64,000 bases of DNA from Eledone cirrhosa. Taxonomy: Eukaryota. The DNA is taken from contig OZ024743.1 of assembly GCA_964016885.1 (NCBI GenBank), forward strand, positions 205,282,001 to 205,346,000, written 5' to 3'. The stretch's first letter is position 1. Each line of letters starts with the position of its first letter. Shown one piece after another: positions 14,314 to 26,519 of the stretch. Made by a program: the position numbers and the translations under genes. A model generated the notes under the pieces. The model ran no database searches and was not told where the DNA came from. It saw only the letters and a program-made list of their open reading frames with translations.

Positions 14314-14726
14314 ATATATATATCATCATCATCATCATCACCGTATACCTTCCTGTCAGTTGATTGAACATTTGAAAGTATATACTTTCCTTATGCATAT
14401 TAACGGCTGAGCAGCCTAATTTGCATATCGAGTGAGATAGTCGGCTGGGCGCACCGAAAACGATAAATGGAAAAAATGAAATTTCATTTCTCACTCTTAG
14501 TACGGCTGATACTTAAATGTAAGTATGTATACGTACATACATATATTTATACAGACGTACAGTAGTATGTATATACATACATGCACACATATATATATAT
14601 ATGTACGTATATATATATATGCACACATATATATGTGTGCATGTACGTATGTATATACATACTACTGTACGTCTGTATACATATATGTATGTACGTTTAC
14701 ATACTTACATTTATATATATATATAT

Positions 14727-15580
14727 ATACAAAAAGTTATGAAACGAAAGGAGCTGGTTGGTTACTAAAAACAAGGTTTAGGATGGTGGTTAGGATGGAA
14801 CAGGAGGAGAAAGGAAGAAAGGAGTTTCCATCGTCAGCTGTAAATGTTTCCCGAACCAATGTTTCGGCGCTGAATTACAGGACATTGGTGTAGTTTGGGT
14901 GCGCCCAAGGCCTTTTATTAATCAAAAGGCCAGGTGGAAAAGGGGAAGAGAAAGAGAGAAAAAAAGGAGAGAGAAAAGGAAAGCGAGGGAAAAGAGGAAG
15001 AACAGGGGGGAAAAAGATGAGGAGAGAGGAAGAAAGGGAAAAAATAGGAAAGGAATAGAAGAAAAAAAAAGTGTACAGGTCCCATCGTGGAAAGACACAG
15101 GTGAAAGAAACATGCAAAAAGGTAACCGTGGAAAAATAGGGAAAGTAAGTTGTGGCCAACCTGGGAGACTTTAGCCTGGTGGTCAGCTACAACTCAGACC
15201 TCGTATAACCGTGCTGCATCTCACATAGACAGGAGAAAGTGAGAGAGAGACACGGGCAGCGTAAAGTGAGGAGGAGAAGAGAAAGGGAGATAATCCAGAA
15301 GGGTTTTTTTTAAACGGTGGTAAAACGTGCCGCAAAGATTGTGGACAGAGAGGTCACCACGGCATGTGTAAACAGGTCAACAATCAAAACCGAACGGATG
15401 GATAGAGAGAGAGAGGGAGAGAGAAAAAAAACGAGAGTGAGGAGGAGAAGGGAGGGTCGATGTGAAAGTGTGGAGGGTACACAGATCGACCAAAGCAGGT
15501 AGGGTCACAGCGGTAAATACAAAAAGTTATGAAACGAAAGGAGCTGTGTGGTTACTAAAAACAAGGTTTAGGATGATGGT
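14727..15580 (-). mobile_element. Non-coding, terminally redundant element (790-bp unit plus 64-bp direct repeat) in (TA)n; Penelope/retrozyme-like
   Basis: Direct repeats 14727-14790 and 15517-15580; hammerhead core motifs on minus at 14828-14889. Confidence 0.6.
14828..14889 (-). ncRNA. Candidate hammerhead ribozyme with permuted strand order
   Basis: ACCAAUGU-C-CUGUAA...CC-GAAA-CAUUGGU...UUACAG-CUGACGA-U-GG; 8-bp stem III, 6-bp stem I, 2-bp stem II. Confidence 0.5.
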
Positions 15581-15613
15581 ATGTATATATATATATATAT
15601 ATATATGCATATA

Positions 15614-15649
<36 letters not shown>

Positions 15650-15654
15650 CATAT

Positions 15655-18640
15655 ACCTTAAAGGGTCGCTCTAACGAGGTTGTAGAAATGCTTGAACGTA
15701 AGGAGGTCGATGTTTGTTGTATTCAAGAGACCAGGTGGAGGGGAGGGTTGGCTAGATTCATCATGGGTAAAGAACGATGCTATAAGCTTTTCTGGGTGGG
15801 AAATGACAATGGGTTGGGTGGGGTAGGAATCATGTTAGCAGAAAAATGGGTGGATAAGATAATAGACGTAAATAGAGTGAACGACAGAATAATTAAAATA
15901 AGACTTGTCCTCAATAAAACTACGGTGACAGTAATATCTGCGTACACACCCCAATCCGGACTGCCCGGCGCTATAAAAGACAGATTCTACGAGACACTGA
16001 TGCTCGCTACCTCCCAAATAACCGACAGTGACTATATAGTTATTGCAGGCGACCTAAATGGTCACGTTGGACAACATTGTGACGGCTATGACGGAATCCA
16101 TGGAGGCTATGGGTTCGGTACTAGAAATGAAGAAGGCTCCAGAATCCTGGAATTCTGCGACGCAAATAACTTAACTATCTGTAACACTAACTTCAAAAAA
16201 CGAGACAATCACTTGATCACCTATAGATCGGGGGAACACACAAGCCAGGTAGATTATATCCTTACCAGAAGACGTGACAGAGTGTCTGTTGTTAACACTA
16301 AATCCCTCCCCCATGAACAATTCACCTCCCAACATAGACTGATAATTAGCGACCTCATAGTCAGGACGAGACGTACTAGACAGCGGAAGAGGACTATCCT
16401 CAGGAGAAAAATATGGAAGCTAAAGGACCCCATAGCCAGAAATAAATTTCAAAGCATATTACTTGACGCTTTCGACAGTAAGGAAGAGCAATTAGAGTCG
16501 TATAATATAGAGGAACAGTGGGAATTCCTGAGAGCAAACCTGCTGATGGCGGCAGACGAAGTCTGTGGCTGGAGCAGGCCTGTAGGTAGGAGGAGAGTAA
16601 CATGGTGGTGGAACAGTAAGGTAGAGGAGTCAATTAAGGCCAAAAAGCAGGCTTGGAAAGCATGGCGGGATGGGGGAAGTAGAGAAGACTATCAAGTGGC
16701 CAGGAGGGAAGCTAGGAGACAAGTGTACTTCGCAAGAAGGGAAGCAGAGGAAAGAAAGTTCAAGCATGTTCTACAACGTGAGGACCAAAAACGTGAGGTG
16801 TTCAGGATTGCCAGGCAATGTATCAAGGAAAACCGTGATATTGTCGGGGAGAAGTGTGTACTTAACGATGATGGCATACTTGCCATCACCGACACTGATA
16901 AGAAGGTAGCTTGGAAGTGTCACTACGAAAGGCTTCTAAATGAGGAGAACAAATGGGAGAAAGACAGTCTCCCCCACATCGACCCAATAGAGGGACCAGC
17001 AGCAAGGCAATCAAAGATATGAAGACGGGTAAGGCGGCTGGTCCTTCGGAAATAGTTGCTGAGATGCTGAAGGCATCTGGTTCGGTAGGACACACCATGG
17101 TCACCCGGATAGTTAACCAAGTCGTACAGAATGAGGTTGTTCCGAAGGACTGGCGTAGCAGCATCATCGTTAACTGCTATAAGGGAAAAGGAGATGCCCT
17201 AGATAGGAGTAACTATAGAGGCATTAAATTAATCGACCAGGTCATGAAGGTCACGGAAAAAGTAATAGCGCAACTAATCGGAGAGAGAATTGATCTAGAT
17301 GAAATGCAGTTCGGGTTTGTGTCAGGCAAAAGTACCACAGACGCTCTTTTCATTGTACGACAACTACAGGAGAAGTACCTAGCTAAAAGTAAACCCCTAT
17401 ACTTAGCTTTCGTCGACTTGGAGAAAGCCTTCGACAGAGTCCTCCGTTCCATTATCTGGTGGTCTCTTAGAAAACTAGGTGTTGACGAATGGCTTGTGAG
17501 AGCTATACAAGCCATGTATAAAGAAACAGTCAGTAAGGTTAGAATTAACAACGAATATAGTGAAGAAGAGTTTAGCGTAAAAGTTGGTGTCCATCAGGGC
17601 TCTGTTCTTAGTCCCCTACTATTTATTATTGCCCTTCAGGCTATAACAGAGGAGTTCAAGACCGGCTGCCCATGGGAACTCCTATACGCAGATGATCTAA
17701 CGCTCATAGCTGAATCAATGACCGAACTAGAGAAGAAATTCCAAACATGGAAGCACGGCCTAGAATCAAAAGGCCTTAAAATTAACCTGGCTAAGACTAA
17801 AGTTCTAGTTTGTAGGAAAGAAAATAAGGCGGCAGTCCCATCTGGGAAATGGCCATGCTCAGTGTGTAGGAAAGGCGTAGGTAGAAACTCCATTTTATGT
17901 CCCAAATGCAAAGTATGGGTGCATAAAAGATGTAGTGGGATCACAGGTAAGCTAACTAAGAACATAGATTTTACATGTGGCCGGTGCTCTGGTGCAATAA
18001 GTAGCAGCAAGTGCCCACAAAATACTAGCTCCTTCAACTGTGCAGAGGGTTCTATAGAAATAGTGGACAGCTTCCGTTACCTGGGTGATAAAATCAGCAG
18101 TGGGGGAGGGTGCTCTGAAAGTACAGTAGCTAGAGTCAGAACTGGATGGAAAAAGTTCAGAGAGCTTATACCACTATTAGCCGCTAGAGGGTTCTCCCTA
18201 AAAATGAAAGGCAGGTTATACGATGCCTGCATACGAACAGCAATGCTGCATGGCAGTGAGACCTGGGCATTGTGTGCAGAGGATATACGCAGACTAGAGA
18301 GGAACGAAGCTTGCATGCTCCGCTGGATGTGCAATAGTAATATACGTGAACGGCAAAGCATAAACGAACTAAGGAAAAAATTAGAAATAAGAGGGATCAG
18401 ATGTTGTTTACTCGAGAGAAGGCTACGTTGGTACGGTCACATGATGCGCATGAAAGACGACAGCTGTATAACAAAGTGAAGGGCAATAAAGATAGACGGT
18501 AGCCACGGAGTAGGCAGACCCAGAAAAACATGGGACGAGCTGATAAATTCCGACCTCACACGCTTACACCTCTCCAAGACAATGTCACTGGACCGAGACC
18601 TTTGGCGGTACTCAGTAATAGAGAAGACCCGCCTTACCTA
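15655..18640 (+). pseudogene. RTE APE-RT polyprotein pseudogene
   Basis: 25-nt deletion at about 17001 (relative to the copy at 20860) shifts frame; premature TGA at 18477-18479. Confidence 0.92.
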
Positions 18641-19148
18641 AATACAAAGTAAAAACCTACTACAGTCAGTAGGCATCTCTATCAAAAGACACCCCCGTCC
18701 CACCACCTCCACCCCATCCACACCGCCCCTTTCAATGTAAAGTTATGTTGGTCCCACAACATCCAGGCCGAAACAAATGAGATCGTGTAGGTGTCACGAC
18801 AAAAAAACACACAGTCCACGCTGTAAATGTGGCCGTGTAGGCAACAAGGTAAAAACCTCCCAGCCCCACACTGTAAATGTGGTTGGTGTTAGGAAGGGCA
18901 TCCAGCTGTAGAAAACCCGCCAGACAGTCCACGCTGTAATGTGGCCGTGTAGGCAACACGGTAAAAACCTCCCAGCCCCACACTGTAAATGTGGTTGGTG
19001 TTAGGAAGGGCATCCAACTGTAGAAAACCCGCCAGACAGTCCTATGCGAGCAAGACAACCACTCTTGCCTCAAGTGGGAAAACCCCCGTCCAAACCCATG
19101 CAAGCGTGGAACACGGACGCTAATCCTGATGATGATGATGATGATGAT
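15655..19148 (+). mobile_element. RTE-clade non-LTR retrotransposon, nearly full ORF, slightly 5'-truncated
   Basis: APE endonuclease (CIQETRW, AGDLNGH, QVDYIL), RT (QFGF, DLEKAFD, GVHQGSVLSP, YADD), 3' UTR ending in (GAT)n. Confidence 0.96.
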
Positions 19149-19218
19149 ATACATATATATATTTTTGTATAAGTTTTCCAGAGTCCTCGCTTTGCCTGGA
19201 TACTTAGCTGAGAATAGT

Positions 19219-19298
19219 CTTCCCTGACGACGAAATGATTCTCTATATTTTCTTCGGAAAGTATATTTATTCCATTTCAGAAACTAATTAGTTGGGAG
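19219..19298 (+). ncRNA. Type I hammerhead ribozyme motif (copy 1)
   Basis: Stem I CUUCC/GGGAG, CUGACGA, long stem II capped by C(UUCG)G, GAAA, palindromic stem III ACUAAUUAGU, site GUU (after 19293). Confidence 0.7.
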
Positions 19299-19740
19299 TG
19301 AAATTTTAGTAAGTAAGTTAATTTTATAATTTTCTTATTTTACGTCTCTCATATTATTGTTCTGCAACCCCATGCATTGAACCACAAAGTTACTAAGACA
19401 AAACCTATATATTTGCTAGCATTGATATGCATCTGTATGTATATATATGTTACTAGATATTAATTCTTTATAATTATCTCCAAATTATTTGTCGAGCAAT
19501 ATTGGCCAAGACTGCTGCTATGGTAGCAGGCAGGCCGCTGTCTTATTAACAAACCACTTTCCACTGATTGACCTCGATGTCACGTGATTGATTCTTTTTG
19601 AATTTGCCACCGACGCAGAGGCAGTGATTTTCTCAATGGCTAGGAATTCAGTCCACGCTTTGCTATTTTCTATCCACTGAATTATTTTTGTATAAGTTTC
19701 CAGAGTCCTCGCTTTGCCTGGATACTTAGCTGAGAATAGT

Positions 19741-19820
19741 CTTCCCTGACGACGAAATGATTCTCTATATTTTCTTCGGAAAGTATATTTATTCCATTTC
19801 AGAAACTAATTAGTTGGGAG
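19741..19820 (+). ncRNA. Type I hammerhead ribozyme motif (copy 2)
   Basis: Identical to 19219-19298; predicted site after 19815. Confidence 0.7.
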
Positions 19821-19878
19821 TGAAATTTTAGTAAGTAAGTTAATTTTATAATTTTCTTATTTTACGTCTCTCATATAT

Positions 19879-19995
<117 letters not shown>

Positions 19996-20309
19996 CATAT
20001 ATATACATATATATATATATAGATATATACATATATATATCATGTTGCTTGTTTATTTCCTTTCTTTGGTTTGCTTTTATCCTTCTATGTTGTTCACTTG
20101 TCCCCCTCGCTTTACGCGATTTACTGGACCCAATAACTTTTTTTAGTTATTGCTCGCACCAACCTGAGGTATCTGATTTTTATTGCGATGAAATACCAAT
20201 GATGGTTGGAAAATCACTGACGAAGGACTATTTTTATCATATGTAACCTATGTGCAACCACGCAGTATTCTTCTTTCTTCTCATGTTTTTTATATATATG
20301 CATATATAC

Positions 20310-20718
20310 ATACATGGTGACTGCCAACTCGTTTTCGAGTACGGCCACTACTTTATATCCATGTAGGAGAACCCCTACTGATGCGCTGAACGAGTGTGAC
20401 TTTTTAGTCCAGCCAGCGACTTGAAAACTCTGGTACAAACACTACACTTGTGACAATTATTGACACATAGTGCTGGGCCCATGGTACCATGTGACGACAA
20501 GTGCAGAGATCTCCAGATATAAAGCAATACCTGTGCCGTGAAGCTTTTATAGTGAGCAAAGGCACTGCACAAAGCCAGTCCCACTCTCTTAACCAAGATG
20601 ATATTTACCAAAAAGAAGAACAAGTCAACATCATTGGATACCATCAGGGTTGCAGGTGTTATATCAGAGTTTTCCTTCTCCTAGAATTCTGCCTTGACAA
20701 AGGCTAAGGGGTCATCTG
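20310..20718 (-). mobile_element. Degraded LINE 3' end with C-terminal C2H2 zinc finger (RTE/BovB-like)
   Basis: HKCSVCTRVFKSLAGLKSHTRSAH followed by stop and a short 3' UTR ending in (ATGT)-like repeats. Confidence 0.55.
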
Positions 20719-20757
20719 ATACATACATACATACATACATATATACATATATATATA

Positions 20758-22934
20758 TGCTGGTCCCTCTATTGGATCGATGTGGGGGAGACTGTCTTTC
20801 TCCTATTTATTCTCCTGGAGGAAAGACAGTCTCCCCCACATCGATCCAATAGAGGGACCAGCAATGCGAGTTGAAGGTAGTATAATAAGTAAAGCAATCA
20901 AAGATATGAAGACGAGTAAGGTGGCCGGGCCTTCGGAAATAGTTGCTGAAATGCTGAAAGCATCTGGAACGGTGGGACACACTATGGTCACCCGGATAGT
21001 AAACCAAGTCATACAGAATGGGGCCGTTCCGAAGGACTGGCATAGCAGCATCATCATTAACTGCTACAAGGCTAAAGGAGATGCCCTAGATAGGGGTAAC
21101 TATAGAGGCATTAAATTAATAGACCAGGTCATGAAGGTCACAGAAAAAGTAATAGCGCAACTAATCAGAGAACGAATTGATCTAGATGAAATGCAGTTCG
21201 GGTTTGTGTCAGGTAAAAATACCACAGACGCTCTTTTCATTGTACGACAACTACAAGAGAAGTACCTAGCTAAAAGTAAACCCTTATACTTAGCTTTTGT
21301 TGACTTGGAGAAAGCCTTCGACAGAGTCCCCCGCTCCATTATCTGGTGGGCCCTTAGAAAACTAGGTGTTGATGAATGGCTTGTGAGAGCTATACAAGCC
21401 ATGTATAAAGAAACAGTCAGCAAGGTTAGAATTAACAACGAATATAGTGAAGAGTTTAGCGTAAAAGTTGGTGTTCATCAGGGCTCCGTTCTTAGCCCCC
21501 TACTATTTATTATTGCCCTTCAGGCTATAACAGAGGAGCTCAAGACCGGCTGCCCATGGGAACTCCTATATGCAGATGATCTAACGCTCATAGCTGAATC
21601 AATGGCTGAACTAGAGAAGAAATTCCAAACATGGAAGCATGGCCTAGAATCAAAAGGCCTTAAAGTTAACTTGTCTAAGACTAAAGTTCTAGTTTGTAGG
21701 AAGGAAAATAGGGTACCGGTCTCATCTGGGAAATGGCCATGCTCAGTGTGTAGGAAAGGAGTAGGCAGAAACTCCATTTTATGTCCCAAATGCAAAGTAT
21801 GGGTGCATAAAAGATGTAGTGGGATCACAGGTAAGCTAACTAAGAATATAGATTTTATATGTGGCCGGTGCTCTAGTGCAATAAGTAGCAGCAAGTGCCC
21901 ACAGAATACTAGCTCATTCCATTGCACAGATGGTTCTATAGAAATAGTGGACACCTTCCGTTTCCTGGGTGACAAAATCAGCAGTGGGGGAGGGTGCTCT
22001 GAAAGTACAGTAGCTAGAGTCAGAACGGGATGGAAAAAGTTCAGAGAGCTTATACCACTATTGGCCGCTAAAGGGTTCTCCCTAAAAATGAAAGGCAGGC
22101 TGTATGATGCCTGCATACGAACAGCAATGTTACATGGCAGTGAGACCTGGGCATTGTGTGCAGAGGATATACGCAGACTGGAGAGACACGAAGCTTGCAT
22201 GCTCCGCTGGATGTGTAATAGTAATATACGTGAACGGCAAAGCATAAACGAACTAAGGGAGAAATTAGGAATAAGAGGGATCAGATGTTGTTTACCCAAG
22301 AGAAGACTACGTTGGTATGGTCACGTGATGCACATGAAAGACGACAGCTGTATAAAAAAGTGCAGGGCAATAAAAATAGACGGTAGCCACGGAGTAGGCA
22401 GACCCAGAAAAACATAAGACGACTTGATAAATTCCGACCTCACACAGTTACACCTCTCCAAGACAATGTCACTGGACCGAGATCTTTGGCGCTACACAGT
22501 CATGCAGAAGACCCGCCTTGCCTAAGTACAAAGCGAAACCTACAGTCAGTAGGCACCTCTAACAAAATAACCCCCCCCCCCCCCCCCTCAATAAAAAAAC
22601 CACACACACACACTACCCCCACCCCATCCACCCACCCTTAAATGTGAAGTACGACAACATCCAGTCCGAAACAAATGAGGTCGTTTAAGTGTCACGACAA
22701 AAAAACACAGTCCACGCTGTAATGTGGCCATGTAGGTAACACGGTAAAAACCTCCCAGTCCACACTATAAACGTGGTTGGTGTTAGGAAGGGTATCCAGC
22801 CGTAGAAAACCCGCCAGACAGTCCTATACGAGCAGGACAACAAATCTTGCCTCAAGTGGGAAACCTCCCGTCCAAACCCATGCAAGCATGGAAGATGGAC
22901 GTTAAACGATGATGATGATGATGATGATGATGAT
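20758..22934 (+). mobile_element. 5'-truncated RTE copy with 5' fold-back inversion
   Basis: RT ORF closely similar to the 15655 copy; nonsense codon at 22415-22417; (GAT)n tail; 20758-20816 is inverted element sequence. Confidence 0.95.
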
Positions 22935-23048
22935 ATATATATATATATATACACACAGTTCAAGAGTAAGCAATCTTAAAGAGAGAGATGTGAAATTTGT
23001 GGTCTTGTTTTGCTTAACTAATGAATATATATATATATATATATATAT

Positions 23049-23188
23049 ATACAAGTTAATATAAATTAATATACACAAATACCAACATATAAGTGTTTGT
23101 ATTGTAAATGACTAAGTCATTTACAATACAAACACTTATATGTTGGTATTTGTGTTTATCATATATATTAATTTATATTAACTTGTAT
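23049..23188. repeat. Near-perfect AT-rich palindrome centred at 23114
   Basis: ...CATATAAGTGTTTGTATTGTAAATGACT-A-AGTCATTTACAATACAAACACTTATATG... Confidence 0.9.
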
Positions 23189-23855
23189 TACACAGCTCAG
23201 AAATACTTCTTTCTTTGAGCTATTTCATTGTAAAGGACTGTTTGAGTTTAGAACTCTTTATTTCCTTGAGGAAGACACTTTATTTCACATTGCTCCAGCT
23301 TACTCAGCTGTAGAAATGAGATGATAGGGACTGGGATCCATATTATTCCACTACAAAGTGGTCTTGGAGGTGCCATGGCAAAAAAGCACCCAACACTCAC
23401 TGTAAATGAGGTTGGTGTTAGGAAGGGTATCCAGCTGTAGAAATCAAGCCAGAATCAGTTCCCATCCCACCCTTGCAAGCAGGGAAAAAGCGGACGTAAA
23501 ATGAAATGAAATGATGATATACTGTATATATATATATATACTGTAAATGTGGTTGGTGTTAGGAAGGGCATCCAGCTGTAAAAAACCTGCCAGAGACACT
23601 TCCGTATGAGCAAGACACGGTCTCCCGACCATTCCTGCATCAAATGGAACAAAACCATCTAACCCATGCTAGCATGGAAGATGGACGTTAAACGATGATG
23701 TTGATGATGATGATGATGATATCCATACCATGTGTATCCGGTGTCTCCAACTTGCAGGTCCTGTCATGAGAGGCAAGGAACCTGCTGCAAAACTTTTTAC
23801 TATTGAAACCCACTAATGTAAAAACATAAACATGGAAGACCTTTCATAATATTAA

Positions 23856-24075
23856 CCCTTTAATGTTGAAACCGGCCAAAACCGACCAGAATTCTCTACC
23901 TCTTTCTGTTGAAACTGGCTGTAACTGGTCGCTCAAACTGATGTTAAGGTATTGTTCTCAAAATAAATACTTTCAAAATCTCATAGATTCGATATTATGT
24001 GAGATAATTATGCGAGGTAAAGCCTTTACCATGAACATATAATAGTATATATAGAGTAATGTAAATGCTAAAGGG
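23856..24075. mobile_element. piggyBac-type MITE
   Basis: TTAA|CCCTTTA ... TAAAGGG|TTAA. Confidence 0.8.
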
Positions 24076-24193
24076 TTAAAGAGAGTCATTGAGGAAGATA
24101 CAGGATATATCTGGTGAAGAACTGAGGCAGTTCATGTTGTATCCTGGGAGATGGAAAGGTTTTATCATGACACCACAAAGAAGTGGATGGATT

Positions 24194-25160
24194 TAGTAGT
24201 AGTAGTAGTTGTAGTAGTAGTAGTTGTTGTTTTAGTAGTAGTAGTTGTAGTTGTAGTAGTAGTAGCAGCAACAGTAGTAGTGGTGGTGGTGGTAGCAGCA
24301 GCAGCAGTAGTACTAGTAGTAGTGGTGGTGGTAGTTGTGGTAGTAGTAGTATTGGTGGTGGTGGTAGTAGTAGTAGTCGTTGCAGCAGTAGTATTAGTGG
24401 TGGTGGTGGTAGTAGTAGTAGTAATAGTAGAGTAGTAGTAGTAGTAGTAGTAGCAGCAGCTGCAGTAGCAGCAGCAGTAGTAGTAGTAGCAGTAGTAGTA
24501 GTTGTAGTAGTAGTAGTAGTAGCAGTAGCAGTAGTAGTATTTGGAGTAGTAGCAGTAGTACTAGTAGTAGCAACAGCAGTAGTAGCAGTAGCAGCAGTAG
24601 CAGCAGTAGCAGTCGTAGTAGTAGTAGCAGCAGTAGTGGGAGTAGTAATAGTAGAAGCAGCGGCAGTAGTAGTAGTAGAAGTAGTAGTAGTAGTAGCAGC
24701 AGCAGCAGTAGTAGTAGTAGTAGCAGTAGTAGTAGCAGAAGTAGTAGTAGTAGTAACAGCAGCAACAGTAGCAGCAGCAGAAGAAGAAGCAGCAGCAGTT
24801 GCAGTAGTAGTAGTAGTAGTAGTGATAGCAATAGTAGCAGTGATAGTAGTAGTAGTAGCAGCAGGAGCAGCAGCAGCAGCAGTAGTAGTAGTAGTGGTGG
24901 TGGTGGTGGTGGTGGTGGTGGTAGTGGTAGTAGTAGTAGTAGTAGTGGTGGTGGTGGTGGTAGTGGTGGTGGTGGTAGTAGTAGTAGTAGTGGTGGTGGT
25001 GGTGGTAGTGGTGGTGGTGGTGGTAGTAGTAGTAGTAGTGGTGGTAGTGGTGGTGGTGGTAGTAGTAGTAGTAGTAGTGGTGGTAGTGGTGGTGGTGGTA
25101 TTAGTAGTAGTAGTAGTGGTGGTGGTGGTGGTGGTAGTAGTAGTAGAACCAGTAGTAGTA
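24194..25160. repeat. Compound trinucleotide microsatellite (GTA/GCA/GTG)n
   Basis: About 1 kb of mixed triplets. Confidence 0.97.
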
Positions 25161-26519
25161 TCATTAGTGTAATATTATTTCATGTCAACAACACAGAACC
25201 AATATGAAATAAATCTTGAAAGAAATCCGATTGTCAGAGCTTATGATGAGGTGTGTCAGCATAAACCAGTGATAGCAGGAAAGACAGGTTTAAATCTCAA
25301 AGATTAACTCAATTGTCTAGAAAACATGTGGCCTTGTGGTTACAGTGTTGAACTGTGGCCACAGTGTGAACTTGTGGCCTAGTGATTATGGTGTAGAACT
25401 CATTATAATAAATTTGTGTTCTGTTTGATTTGTGGATTGGACGGTGTGTTGTGTTCATCATCATCATCGTTTAAATTCTATTTTCTACGTGAGCATGGGT
25501 TTGACAGGTTGTCCTGTTTGAGGAAGTTGGATCAGATGACAGTGTCTTGTTCATACCGAAATGTTTCTGACTTGGTTTCTACAGCTGGATGCCCTTCCTG
25601 TCACCAACCACATTACAGTGGGTACTGTGTACCAGCACTAGGGAGGTTGTCATGTCCTTGACACAACTTAGGGCCCTCCTGGCCCTTTGTCTGGCAAGTC
25701 TTCTATGACAGGATGCCCTTCCTATCATCAACCACAAGGAATATTCACCATGCCATCATTAATCCTTGGGTTCAATCCTGGTGCATGGTACCTTGAGCAA
25801 GTGTTATTTGCCCTAGCCTGGGGTTTGAACCATGTTTTGTGAGTGAAACTAGGTCAGTGGTGACTGGAAGCCTCTCACATGGACTGTACCTTTAATTCAA
25901 GGGGTCAGCCATATCACACACTGTGTCATGCTGAATCTCCCTGAGAATTACATTAAGGGGACACATGTTTGTGGAATACTCAGCCACTTATATGTTAATT
26001 TCATGAGTAGGATGTTCTGTTGATCAAAACAACTGGAACACTGATCTTTTAAACTGACTGAGGTCCATTCCATGATGGTACACATGTCTGTGGAATACTC
26101 AGCTACTGAGACTTTAATATTGTCAGTAGGTTGTTCAATTGATTGAACAGCTGGACTACTCATCTTCACATCTGACTGAGATCCATACCACTGTGAAGTA
26201 TGTATAGTAACACTAGACTAGAAGTTCCATATTGATGTCTTCAGGTTTAGAAAGAGAGTGAAAGGAAAGGTTAAAATGTTAGGAATACTTAGAATAGTAT
26301 GTTAATATGTAATTAGGGGATGGAGGAATTTCTATAAATAGTTGATTACATATCATCATCATCATCATCACTGTCATCATCATCAACAACATCATCATCA
26401 TCGTCATCATCATTGTCATATAATAACAGACATCACTCACCCATACATTATATTGGAGGTAATTCATAGTATAATGAGAGTTCAGTAGAAGCTAAGATAA
26501 TTCATTGTTTGCAGTTTAC

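Larger units (their letters stand above)
19160..19875 (+). mobile_element. Hammerhead-bearing terminally redundant non-coding element (522-bp unit, about 193-bp direct repeats); retrozyme/Penelope pLTR-like
   Basis: Direct repeats 19160-19353 and 19683-19875 differing by one T, each with a type I hammerhead; flanked by TA-rich runs. Confidence 0.75.

Noticed and set aside
24151-25172. Poly-V/S/L/P ORFs
   Set aside because: Trinucleotide microsatellite artefacts
25197-25250. Exon-like segment NQYEINLERNPIVRAYDE with AG/GT ends; similar weak candidates at about 23729-23784 (minus), 24104 and 30662
   Set aside because: Weak splice signals, no recognisable protein, no consistent gene model
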